A DNA stretch of 64,000 nt, taken from Octopus vulgaris (lineage: Eukaryota). Made by a program: the position numbers and the translations under genes. Numbering within the stretch: the first letter of the stretch is position 1; the number at the start of each line of letters is the position of its first letter. A model generated the notes under the pieces. The model did not search any database. It was not told the DNA's origin and saw nothing but the letters and a program-made list of their open reading frames with translations. Shown piece after piece: positions 1-11,395 of this stretch. Where the stretch lies: positions 3,720,001 to 3,784,000 of the forward strand of contig OX597820.1 of NCBI GenBank assembly GCA_951406725.2, written 5' to 3'.

Positions 1-276
1 TGTGGTCAGTGGTTAGAACTTAGAAGGTCTGGAACCAACAGACTTTTAGACTAGACGGAGGTGAGTTTTTATAGCTGATGGTAGGCTCAAATGCAATTTA
101 GAAAAGAATGGCTCACGTGATTTATTTGGAGACTGTGGTTTGTTGGGTTGCATATTGGCATGTGATAAAGAGACAAATTGTGACAACATCAACCAATCAG
201 AGTTGTAGATACAACAGGGTCCAAAACAGCACCCAAAGGTTAGCTATTATCTGCTACATTCATATGTACTTATATA

Positions 277-830
277 CGAGAGTGGGTCAAAATAATGCCA
301 TTTTGTTTAGGACAGGTATAATTACCAACACAGGAACATGTATCATACATCAAAATGAAGCTGGTCCTCTGTGGATCACATCCCTACTTCTCAACATAGT
401 CACCGTTTCTCTCAATAGCAATGTTCCACTTTCGAATGAGAACTTGTATCCCTGACCCGTAAAATTCTGTTGACTGTTCTTTGAGCCATTTCTTCACTAC
501 CTCCACATTCACCAGATTTAGCGCCTTCAGACTATCATCTCTTCAGCACCATGAAAGAGGGTTTGAGAGGCAAACATTATTCCAGTGACAAGGAAGTGAA
601 AACTGTAGTGAAGAAGTGGCTCAAAGAACAGTCAACAGAATTTTACGGGTCAGGGATACATGCTCTCATTCGAAGGTGGAACATTGCTATTGAGAGAAAC
701 AGTGACTATGTTGAGAAGTAGGGATGTGATCTACAGAGGACCAGCTTCATTTTGATGTATGATACATGTTCCTGTGTTGGTAATTATACCTGTCCTAAAC
801 AAAATGGCATTGCTTTTTGACTGATCCTCG
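277..830. mobile_element. Mariner-derived fold-back MITE with ~225-bp inverted arms and TA target duplication
   Basis: TA|CGAG...CTCG|TA; 277-500 is the reverse complement of 605-830; the unique centre (501-604) is transposase-derived. Confidence 0.9.
500..721 (+). pseudogene. Mariner transposase C-terminal fragment
   Basis: Translates PPHSPDLAPSDYHLFSTMKEGLRGKHYSSDKEVKTVVKKWLKEQ...RRWNIAIERNSDYVEK*, containing the mariner YSPDLAPSD-type motif. Confidence 0.9.
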
Positions 831-2493
831 TATAATAGAGAGGAAGTTCACTACAGTTCGCTACAACCCCATTGTCAGTTCTAATTGCATTAGAAATTAG
901 TTCAATACCCTTTTCAACTCCCTTACCAGCATCACCATTAACCTGGGGTCTTTCCAATGTGCTCCTATTCTTTCCTACATCAGTCAAGTTTCTTATTGGT
1001 TTCATTTGGTCAGCAGGGACCAAAACAATTTCCTTACACTATTTAGTAATTAGGGCAATGTTTATTCATGTCATTACCATAATAAAGATAATATTCTTGA
1101 AATCACAAGTGCTTTCGTTATAGAGCGGTACTTTATTCTCAGCTGCGTTATTGGCTTCAAATTTTGGCAGAAGGCCAACAATTTCGGTTATGTGAGTAAG
1201 CCAATTACATGGATTCCAAAAGGGCACACGGCAAAGACAACCTTGACTTGCCACCTTCTCAACTGTGTAGTTAACCATCATTACACACAGACCAAGCTTT
1301 TAAACTGAATGAGGTAACACACAATAAATTAGGGTTTATACTAAAAAGAGGAAATCACAACTACCTCAAAGTTAGGGAAAAAGCCTTTTTATCTATATTT
1401 TATAGGTATCACCAATTTGTCTGTTTCTATTTTGATAATAAGGTAAAGTTAACAAACTCTGCAAGCACCATTCAAGCGTGGTCGATGCCAGTACTGCCTG
1501 ACTGGCCCTTGTGCCAGTGGCATGTAAAAAGCACCCACTACACTCTCGGAGTGGTTGGCGTTAGGAAGGGCATCCAGCTGTAGAAACTCTGCCAGTTCAG
1601 ATTGGAGCCTGGTGCAGCTTACTGGCTTGCCAACCCTTAGTCAAACTGTCCAACCCATGCCAGCATGGAAAGCAGACGTTAAACAATGATGGTGATGATG
1701 ATGATAACATTACTATCCGTCCATTTCTACCCACTGTTCCTAGAAGGATCATGAAGGTAGAGTCCTTAGACACCTCCTCCACAGAATCCTATCAGAAGCA
1801 ACCACTATTACACTTTCCGTTTGGATTCCTAAGCATGACCAACTGAGTCTACGGACATTATCCATCCTGTTGTTGCTCTGCCTCTTGGTCTCCTGCTGGT
1901 TGGCTCAGCCAGAAGAATCCATTTTGTGATTCCTTTCTGTGACATTCTAATCACACGTCTGATCAAATGACTGTCATAAAATTCACAAGCATCGTCTGGC
2001 ATTCAAAAAACATTTATGAAAGAAAATCCAACTTTGTTATTGGAGCTCATCCGCTTGAAACATGGAATGATATCAACCAATAGCAGAGAATATCCAATAT
2101 TAGTCATGTGTCTACAGGAATTACCAAATGTGATGGCATATAAGATACACTTTAAAAAAAAAATCCCCCTGGGTGGTCCAATATGCATAGCTGGACCTCC
2201 CGTTAGCTAAGCTTGTCCCTGATGCTCACTTTTCCTGCATAAACACTGTTGAAATTGCAGTGCATCTTCTATGCCATCAAATATGGTGTCCCTTCCTTTG
2301 TACAAAAACCCTTCTTGATCAAATCATGGCAGCCATTGTAATTATGTCCCTGTTGGTTGTACGTCAGCAAGCAAAGGGCTTTAAGGGCTTTATGCATCAA
2401 ATTGCAACTCATCATTATTTGTGGGCCTTGTTTTAATGGCTTCAGTTGAAGCATGACCAGAAGTGATACATTTTACCTGAGCTCTCAGTATAT

Positions 2494-2711
2494 TCTTTTC
2501 TACTCTAGGCACAAGGCTCGAAATATTTGGGGGAGGGGGGCCAGTCAATTAGAGTGACCCTAGTATGCAACTGGTACTTAATTTATTGACCCCGAAAGGA
2601 TGAAAGATAAAGTCAACCTCGGCGGAATTTGAACTCACAGCGTAAAGACAAATGAAATACCACTAAGTATTTCACCCGGCATGCTAATGTTTCTGCCAGC
2701 TCCCTGTCTTT
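2494..2711 (-). mobile_element. tRNA-derived SINE (family A) with 14-bp TSD
   Basis: GAGTTCAAATTCC B-box on the minus strand; perfect AGCTCTCAGTATAT repeat at 2480-2493 and 2712-2725. Confidence 0.85.
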
Positions 2712-2779
2712 AGCTCTCAGTATATGTTGAATGAGGGTTTCATAAAACTGCCTTCATCTATGTTTCCTGACATCATTTA

Positions 2780-3700
2780 AGTTCATCACAGACTCTTCAG
2801 AGTAGGATGATGTCTAAGTTCTGTTTGGAAGTGTTGACACCCAATCCATGTTTTCCCTAATAATTCAAAGGTATATACTGAGGAGCTGTGGCCTTTTGAA
2901 ACCCAGATTTTGTTGTTCTTTGTTTTTATCCAAGAAAGAAAGAGAGCAGGACTCTTGGAATTATGCAATATCAAGTTCAGGGATTTGTACAACCTTCAAG
3001 ATTTTCTTGATGTAAATGACTGCTGACCAATTCCTTGTTCATTCCAAGAAATTGATTCAAAACTCGCTTTTCAGTATTTCATCTGATGTATGGGATCAAT
3101 CTTGTTTCCTTTAGATCTTTTGATTACCCACAATCCAGTAGATTGCAGCAATAGTCTAGAGAACTGAGGACAAAGGTCTTAACATTTTCTATTTTGGCTC
3201 AGAATGTTCACAGAATCTGTCGCACCTTTCTGCACAATTTTACCATTTTTGTAATATATGAATGGACAATGAAGAGTTGCTTATTACAATTCCAAACCCC
3301 AAAGATTTTGGAATTAATATTGCAATCTCTTCCAGCCCTGTGTATCCACATTACAGTGTTAGAGATTTTAGAACTTTCCCACCTTGAATTTCATGTTTCT
3401 GTGCACAGCACTGAGGTCCACAGGCAGTTTCTTCATTTCTTGAGGTCACAGATCACAACTGGCAGCCTATCATCTTATGATCAATTTTGTCAAAGGTATT
3501 GGTAAAATATAAACATGCCACAATTACAACTGATTAGGTGTATAACCGATTTAACATTTGGCCACAATGCCACAGCACTTGTGTGAGCCAGCTTCCATCA
3601 GGGTGGAAACCATGTTAGGTATCATTTAGTAAGTTATTTTTCTGCTCACAGATATTCAGTTTCTCTTTGACAATTCATTCCATGATGCAGGTATCACCAT
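2780..3700 (-). mobile_element. Highly decayed CR1/L2-like LINE reverse-transcriptase relic
   Basis: Minus-strand translation gives HGFHPDGSWLTQVL (cf. QHGFR.GRSCLTQLL) and FDKIDHK (cf. AFDKVDH); many stops and frameshifts. Confidence 0.55.
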
Positions 3701-4809
3701 GTAATTTTGGATTCATTCCCACAGCACCGTGAATGAGTGTTTTGTTCTCTACTATCATCTCAAGCTGACCACTGCCTTGTCAATTGAGTGATGTGTCTCT
3801 GTCCGTTACGTTTTTATGTTCGTTAACTCCTCCTAAACCATTGGTGTAAGGACAACAAAAGTCTAACCAGCAACTCCCCTAATCCCAGGGAATGTCCTAA
3901 GGGGGTCTATTTTTTTAAAGGTTGCCTAATTGGGGCTCTACTGACCTCTTATTTTTACTGCATTTTAAACTAAATACATGGCATTGGCAACCAGATCGGA
4001 GAAATGTCAATAAATTTCATATCATGAATTCCCAGGGAGTATCATAAAGAGGTTAATTTCCGAAGGGCCACTTAAATGGGACCCACTAACCCCGCCTATT
4101 TTTATTGCATTTACCTTGCTCCTATGCTTATTAATTAAACTATGATCATCATCAGTGCTTAGCACATCTGTAGAAATAAGTTTGGACATTTCTAAATACC
4201 TTCATGTACATGGCGAGATAAAGAGCTATAACAGGTACGCTTCAAGTGTGGTAGTGTGGATATTTATATTTTGTAGTTTATGAAATTTATGTCTACTGTA
4301 TATATATATATATACACACATTATGATTTCACTCAGGCATAGCAATACTATGAACCAGTCGTTAGAACTCAAGATATTTATGCTTTACAGTAAAGCATTA
4401 GGAAAGTACAGAGCATAATATCTATTAATGAATGACAAAAGCTGACTGCTTCTGCTCTAAGAAGCATTGCACTCAGAGCTGAGCACTTGTGCAACATCGT
4501 ACAGCTTCCTTGGAGCTATTAAAAGCATTCAGATTTGGAGGTGTTGCTTCTTACAGCAGAAACAACTGTAAGCTAATGAAGGGGATTCTGTAACTCCTGC
4601 TCTTTTATCATTTGTGAATTGACACACACACACATACGTAAGTAACTTTGAATTCGGTAACTGAATTATTTTTACTGCAACAAAATGTAAAACTATGTAG
4701 CAAGGCTTTGACCAGACAAAAGAACCTTATGCACCTGAATTATATTCTTTAAAAAGCAGGACTAGTTCTGTGAACTTCATTATATCGCCATAAAAGGCAC
4801 GAATGCCTA

Positions 4810-5360
4810 CATCATTATCATCCATTGTCCATGCTGGCATGGGTTGGATGGTTTGACTGGGCTGGCACACTGGAAGACTGTGCCAGGTTCCAGTCTGATT
4901 TGGCTTAGTTTTCTACAGCTGGATGCCCTTCCTAACACCAACCATTTCGAGTGTAACGGGTGTTTTTATGTGCCACCGGCATGGGTGCCATTTGCGTGAC
5001 ACTGGTATCTGGCATGACTGTGATTTTGCTCAGCTTGATGGGTCTTCTCAAACGTGATGTAATGCCAAGGGTCTTGGTCATTGCCTCTGTAAGGCCCAAC
5101 ACTTGAAAGGAGCTCGGCCACTTTACCCCCATGGGGTCCAATGCTTGAAAGGAACTCAGTCACCTTGCCTTTGTGAGGCCTAACACTCATAAGGAACTCA
5201 GCCACTTGCCTCCATGAGGCCCAATGCTTGAAAGGGATTCAGCCACTTGCTTCAATGAGGCCCAACGCTTGAAAGGAACTCAGCCATTTGCTTTCAAGCA
5301 TTAGACCTCATGGGGCAAGTGGCTGAGTCCCTTTCGAGCATTGGGCCTCGTTGGAGGCAT
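4810..5360. mobile_element. SINE family C copy with ~43-bp internal tandem units and a terminal inversion
   Basis: CCATGCTGGCATGGGTTGG...CTGGATGCCCTTCCTAAC core; about 5 units of GAGGCCCAATGCTTGAAAGGAACTCAGCCACTTGC followed by inverted units at ~5292-5360. Confidence 0.7.
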
Positions 5361-5657
5361 GTTTATTGATCAATCAGTATTGGCTGGCATATTAGAGGGG
5401 CAGTATTAAAGAAAAGTTATGTAAATTCCTTCCAAACTGCATTTGTGAAGGTTCTAGAAGCTTTGCCTCGAGTTATAAAAAAACTGAAGTATTGAACCCT
5501 CAAACAGAGCTACCTGAGACTCTACATAGAACTCTGTTGCTCAGTTCCAAAAAATATTCTCTCACTTCCTTCTACTTGCTGCTTGTCTCAACTATACACG
5601 TATACCACATAACATCAACTGAAACACGATTTCTATTTTATGTGCTGTAAATAAGTA

Positions 5658-5980
5658 TCATCATCATCGTTTAACGTCCGTTTTCCATGCTAGCATGGGT
5701 TTGACGGTTCGACTGAGGTCTGGGAAGCCAGGAGGCTGCACAAGGCCCAGTCTGATCTAGTAGTGTTTCTACTGCTGGATGCCCTTCCTAACGCTAACCA
5801 CTCCGTGAGTGTAGTGGGTGCTTTTTATGTGCCAGGCGAGGCTAGCAACGGCCACGATCGGTTGGTGCTTTTCACGTGCCACCAGCATGGAGGCCAGTCG
5901 AAGTGGGGCTGGCAACGGCTACGTTCGGATGGTTCTTTTACGTGCCACCGGCACCGGTATCACAACTACAATTTCCATAA
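5658..5980. mobile_element. SINE family C, (CAT)n-tailed; further copies at ~1465-1705, 6215-6365, 11398-11815, 14225-14690, 31815-32110, 34480-34655, 38115-38356, 41917-42275, 46540-46766, 61860-62185, 63290-63752
   Basis: Recurrent CATCATCGTTTAACGTCC..CCATGCT(A/G)GCATGGG..CTGGATGCCCTTCCTAACGCCAACCACTCC..GTGTAGTGGGTGCT block in both orientations, often with ~60-bp internal tandem units. Confidence 0.8.
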
Positions 5981-7269
5981 TTCTTCTGTACATATGTAAA
6001 ATATATAATCTGTTCAAATAATACATTTTTGGAAACACACATCACTTCTTGATGGGTCATTCACATCTTAGAATGCAGCCTCTAACCTTCTGCCTCATTA
6101 CCACAACCAACACAATAATATCCTCATTATATATTCCCGTTCCATGATGGCATGGATTGAACAGGTCAATATTGTTTGAGTCAATTTTTATTCAGAGCAA
6201 TTTCCCTCCTAATCATCATCATTTAATGTCTGCTTTCCATGCTGGCATGGTTTAGGCTGCTGGCATGGTTTAGGCAGCTGGATGCCCTTCCTAACAGCGA
6301 ACACTCTACAGAGTGTACTGGGTGCTTTTTACGTGGTACCAGTCACCAAGTAACTTGCAGGACAAGGCCTTTCAATGGAGGTGGGAGAGTAATATTGATA
6401 GGCAGAAAAAGGAGTCTTGCATTAGAGTGGAAACATGGCTGCTTCAGGTGGGGAGAGTGGAGAGCGAGGGGTGAGTGTGAGGAAGAAGATGGTGGTGACA
6501 GTGAGTGCAACAGGGACTGGAGGGGGGGTAAGTTAACAAGATTGCAAAATGTGAGTGGTAGATGGAGGGGGTATTAGGAGGATATGCTGTGGAGAAGCGA
6601 GTCAATGGGGACATCCTGTGTACAGGTAGCTATGTGAGGGATTAGTATGGGGGGGGGGGCTGAGAATGCAGAAGTTGGTAAGCATGGGTAGAGGGAAGAT
6701 GGGTTGAGGGGGAGGTTTGTCAAGGAAAGATTGTGTTGGAGGGTAGGGGCACGAACATAAAGGACATGCTTTTATAACCTCAACTCTACTTAGTTGGGCA
6801 AATCTTCTCAAGCACAGGCAAATTGCCGGTCGTCTTGGTCCTTTGTCCTCTCCTCCATGTGGCCCCACAGCAGCGGCAAATGTTTTCTAAAATGCTATTT
6901 TTCAAAATTCTACTCACACTTCATCATTTTACATCATTAGCGAGGATGACACTAACTTTTTATTGCCACTCCTGACATGTACAAACGAAGCACATATTAA
7001 TGCAAAATACATGAATGAATGAATAATTAAAAGGAAACAAATTTAGATTTGGTTACTCAGACATTTAATTACTACAATTTACATTTTATTTCCCATAGAA
7101 TAAAACTTGACAAAGTAATTAAATGAATGATAAATAAATTGAAACTAATTAGTCTATCCATTCAGCAAATAGTTTTTGTTACTTTCTGCCTCAAGAACTC
7201 ATAAATTTAAGACAAAGACACCCTCATTGCCCCATGCTGCTTTCATAACCTTCTTTCACATACATTTAC

Positions 7270-7630
7270 AGGTTTTCTGTCACTTGTATGTGCACTCACT
7301 CAAATCTATGTAACCTATTCTATAAAAGGTTTTCCAGACATCCACCACGGTCCAGCTACCTGGAAGAGCCGACCTGCAGATGATGGGTACCAATGTCTGC
7401 AATCTTCTGTCAGATACTGTCACCATGCAGATTTTTCCACATCTTCCACTTCTTTGCACAAAGACCCAATGACCAGGCGACCCACAGAGTTCAGTCATTG
7501 TCAACTTGTGTAATTTCTTTAATGAAGTTGCGTAATGGTCCTTAGACGAGAACTCAGTGGTCTCCAAGAGGATGTAGGGTCTTGATGGTCAAACTGGATG
7601 AATCCAATTTCCACCAGAGAAAGGAAATAG
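7270..7630 (-). pseudogene. Merlin (IS1595/ISXO2-like) transposase relic
   Basis: ORF 7280-7567 reads GHWVFVQRSGRCGKICMVTVSDRRLQTLVPIICRSALPGSWTVVDVWKTF, matching the ISXO2 pattern WVFG..R..K.F...V.DR...TL.PII...I.PGS.I.SD.W..Y. No convincing TIRs seen. Confidence 0.65.
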
Positions 7631-8921
7631 AATCATAAAGACAATTCTTTAGCCCCCACTTGCAATCACTCACACCCTGTAGCTTCATTCAATTGTCCAC
7701 CATTACACAGTTGATCTGGTTCGTTGGGCTGGAAAGGCTCAGAAACCAAAATGTTATCACATTTGACTTTCTGGAAGAAGAAACAAAAGAATGCATTACT
7801 GTACGCAGTTGCAGAAGATGTTTATGGGAAGATGACATCCCACGTTTAGCCAAGTGAAAGCTGTTAAGAAATTATAAAGGGTAACATGTGCAAACCCGAT
7901 TCATTCGCCCTGCATGGAAACTAATGACGATGTGATTGCTCCCAAAGTGGTGGTGGTCATGGAGCAACTAAATCGTTTCACTCACTCTTTTGAGGAAATA
8001 GTTCTCAAGCGGGTGAATATCTAATATATCTAGGGCACTGAGTAATGGATTGCACCCAGGTACACACGTGCCATAGCTGTGCTCGATGCACCAGGCCTAC
8101 ACAAGATTAACACGAAGCTATCGCCATCCTAAGCAACATAGTAAAATAAATAGCGAGCGAATAATTTATACATTACCGAGGCGATCCTTCGGCAACGGTA
8201 GACGACGTCATTCACCTACAAAACGTTCTCTCATGACATAAAGAAGCTGTAAATACTTTTTCGACATTGGAAAGGACGAAAGGTAAAGCTGACTGCATGG
8301 GACTTGAACACACAATGCAAAATGTGATTAACTGAATAGCGTAAGGAATTTTGCTTGCAGCTCTACACCGATTCTGCTTAGATTTCTAACACTGGAACAA
8401 AGTCATGAATTATGAGAAGCAGGTTAGTGAATGAAATGAACCCGGAAGAAAGTAAGGTGTTCCGAAATAGAAGCCAGGAAACGTACGATCGAAGTAGATC
8501 AAATAAGTACCGTTAATACACCGAACTAATTCAATAGTTCATATAAAATGATTGAACTTAATTACAAAATATTAAATGTTTTAAATTACGACAGGAAAAA
8601 AGAATTACTGATGAAAAGCCGTGTAATGGCTTATTGGCCGTACTCTCCCCCCAAAATCGCGACATACGTTACATTTTTTTGCAGAGAGTGTACATTCGAT
8701 TATATAATGTCAACATTATTACTTATTATTTCATCGACCCCAAAAGGATGAAAGGAAAAGTTGACCTCTGTGGAATAGCGGCAAACCAAAACAAATCTAC
8801 AACTGCTAAAAACACATTTAACATTTATTTGGAATAAATTTTGAAACGTTGATTATAAATTGTGATTTTTATGACTTTTCTAAAGTTTAAAAAGCAATGT
8901 CGATTATCTAAATTTCCTTAC

Positions 8922-9110
8922 CTTGTGACTGGAACAAGAAAGCGAACTTTTAGCAGGTTGAACCATGCCGAAATTTTGGAACATTTTCGATACATAGAGT
9001 CGTTTGGGTTTGTAAAAGTTACTGGAATCTGTTGAAACATAGCGATGATTTTTGTAAATAAATACCAGCTGTCTACAAAGATTAAAGTGCTTCCTCAAAT
9101 AAAGGGACAT
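8922..9110 (-). CDS. PARS2: First coding exon (63 codons) of a probable mitochondrial proline--tRNA ligase
   Basis: MSLYLRKHFNLCRQLVFIYKNHRYVS... is a basic, nearly acid-free mitochondrial presequence. KRLYVSKMFQ...LSCSSHK aligns from memory with human PARS2 RRLLLSRVFQ...LTCKSQR. The exon ends in phase 0 at a strong AAG|GTAAGG donor. No exon 2 was found in 1-8921. Confidence 0.7.
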
Positions 9111-9279
9111 GATGACAGTCTAAAGATATTTTCCTTATAACATAATTACTATTTCTGTTGTGTTGTGGTGCGCGACTGCCATGAATACCCAGCCTCGTTC
9201 TGGGTAATACATTATCGCTTACTTACGTCTGACTAATAACCTTAATAAGACATTGAGGGCCCTTTTGTAACCCCCACCC

Positions 9280-11395
9280 CTCGTTTCTACTATAGACACA
9301 AGGCCTGAAATTTTAGAGGAAGAAGCTAGTCGCTTACTTCGACCTCAATTCTCAACTGGTACTTATTTTATCGACATCGAAAGGATGAATGACACAGTTG
9401 GCCTCGACGGGATTTGAACTCGGAACGTAAAGGACCAGGAGAAATGCTGCCAAGCAGTTTGCCCGACACGTTAACCATTCTATCAGCTCGTCACCTTAAC
9501 AACAACAGTAGGCTCAAGGCCTGAATTTTGGTGGACGGGTGCTAGTCGACCTCGGTAGAATTTGAACTCAGAGCATAAAAATTTAGAGGAAATGCCGACC
9601 GCTAAGCATTTTATTTTTTTCTACTCTAGGCACAAGGCCCAAAATTTTGGGAGTAAGGGGCCAGTCGATTGGATCGACCCTAGTACGCAACTGGTACTTA
9701 ATTTATCGACCCCGAAAGGATGAAAGGCAAAGTCGACCTCGGCAGAATTTGAACTCAGAACTTAAAGCCAAACGAAATACCTATTTCTTTATTACCCACA
9801 AGGGGCTAAACATAGAGGGGACAAACAAAGGGATTAAATCGATTACATCGATCCCAGTGCGTAACTGGTACTTATTTAATCGACCCCGAAAGGATTAAAG
9901 GCAAAGTCGACCTCGGCGGAATTTGAACTCAGAACGTAACGGCAGGCGAAATACCTCTAAGCATTTCGCCCGGCGTGCTAACGTTTTTGCCATCTTGCCG
10001 CCTTAGACATTGGTATTCGAAAGAAGTTACCGCCAAGTATTAAAAGCATTCGATGCGTAAACTTCCAAGACAGAATTGATTACATTTAATATACATCTCT
10101 ATTTCTAAATTTAAATTAAAAACTGAAAATCATTTGTATTGGTTTATATTGATCTTTGTTAATTCTGTAAGGAAGTCATTGGAGCCCTAAATCGTGCACT
10201 TTTGGTGAAAACGATTCCATAACTTTGTATATTGGTTTCAAATATTAGCACGAGGCCAGCAATTTCGGAGGAGCAGGCTAAGTCAATTACATTAACCCCC
10301 AATGGTCAACTGGTACTTATTTTATCAACTGCAAAAGGATGAAAGATAAAGTCGACCTTGGCGGCATTATAACTTCGTTTATTGATTTTAAATTTTGGCA
10401 CAACGTCAGCATGTTCGTCGATTACATCGACCCTAGTATGCAACTGGTACTTATTTTATTGACCTTGAAAGAATGGAAGGTAAAGTCGACCTCAGTGGAA
10501 TTTGAACTCAGAATGTAAAACGGGTGAAACACTGCTAAGCATCTTGCCTGGTCTACTCTTTTACTTGTTTCAGTCATTTGATTGCGGCCATGCTGGAGCA
10601 GCGCCTTTAGTTGAGCAAATCGACTCCAGGACTTATTCTTTGGAAGCCTGGTACTTATTCTATCGGCCTCTTTTGCCGAACCGCTAAGTTAAGGGGACGT
10701 AAACACACCAGCATCGGTTGTCAAGCGATGTTGGGGGGACGAACAGAGACACATAAACATATACACCCACATACATACATATATATATGTACATATATAC
10801 GACGGGCTTCTTTCAGTTTCCATCTACCATATCCACTCACAAAGCTTTGGTTGGCCCGAGGCTATAGCAAAAGACACCCAAGGTGACACACAGTGGGACT
10901 GAAACTGGAATCATCTGGTTGGTAGCCGACGATTCTGTCAGCTCAAAATCTTATCCTAATTAAGTATATTAACACCTTTAATAATGGTTTGTACTTTAAG
11001 CACAAGATCAGCAATCTTGGGGAGAAGGGGTTAATCAATAGCATTGACCGCTTGTTTGGTACTTATTTCACTGACCCTGAAAGGATGGAAGGTGAAGTCA
11101 ACCTTGGCAGAATTTGAACTCAGAACATCAAGAGCCAGCAGAAATGCTGCTAAGACTTTGTTTGACACCCTAACCATTCTGCCAATGGACTGCCCTATCA
11201 ACATCTTAAATAATCCTTTCTGCTATAGGTACAAGGCCTGAAACTTTAGGGGAGGGGGCTAGCTGTCCTGACTAGTACTTATTTTATCAACCCCGTAAAG
11301 ATGAAAGGCAAAGTTGACCTTGGCAGAATTTGAACTCAGAGCATAATAACAAAACTGCCAGCTCACTGCCTTTTCTGCCTGCTCACCACCTTATT
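9280..11395 (-). mobile_element. Dense cluster of about 8-10 SINE family A copies and fragments plus one family B copy (~10555-10925)
   Basis: Repeated AACTGGTACTTA..TCGACCCCGAAAGGATGAAAGGCAAAGTCGACCTCGGC.GAATTTGAACTCAG blocks, all in the same orientation. Confidence 0.85.

Larger units (their letters stand above)
1..865 (-). mobile_element. LTR copy 1 (Gypsy-like family shared with 18968-20689 and 21882-22998); cut by the window edge and interrupted by a mariner MITE
   Basis: Reverse complement matches the 18968 element: TGGTTCCAGACC..CACTGACCAC block, TATAAAAA at ~65-73, CCAAT (ACCAATCAG) at ~192, and terminus ..TCGCTACA at 865 (TGTAGC on the minus strand). The other end lies outside the window, so solo-LTR status cannot be confirmed. 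Confidence 0.75.

Noticed and set aside
5590-5625. PARS2 exon 2 (TTTCAG|TTG ATG TTA, 'LML' on the minus strand)
   Set aside because: Stop codon after 8 codons and no PG/LP motif.
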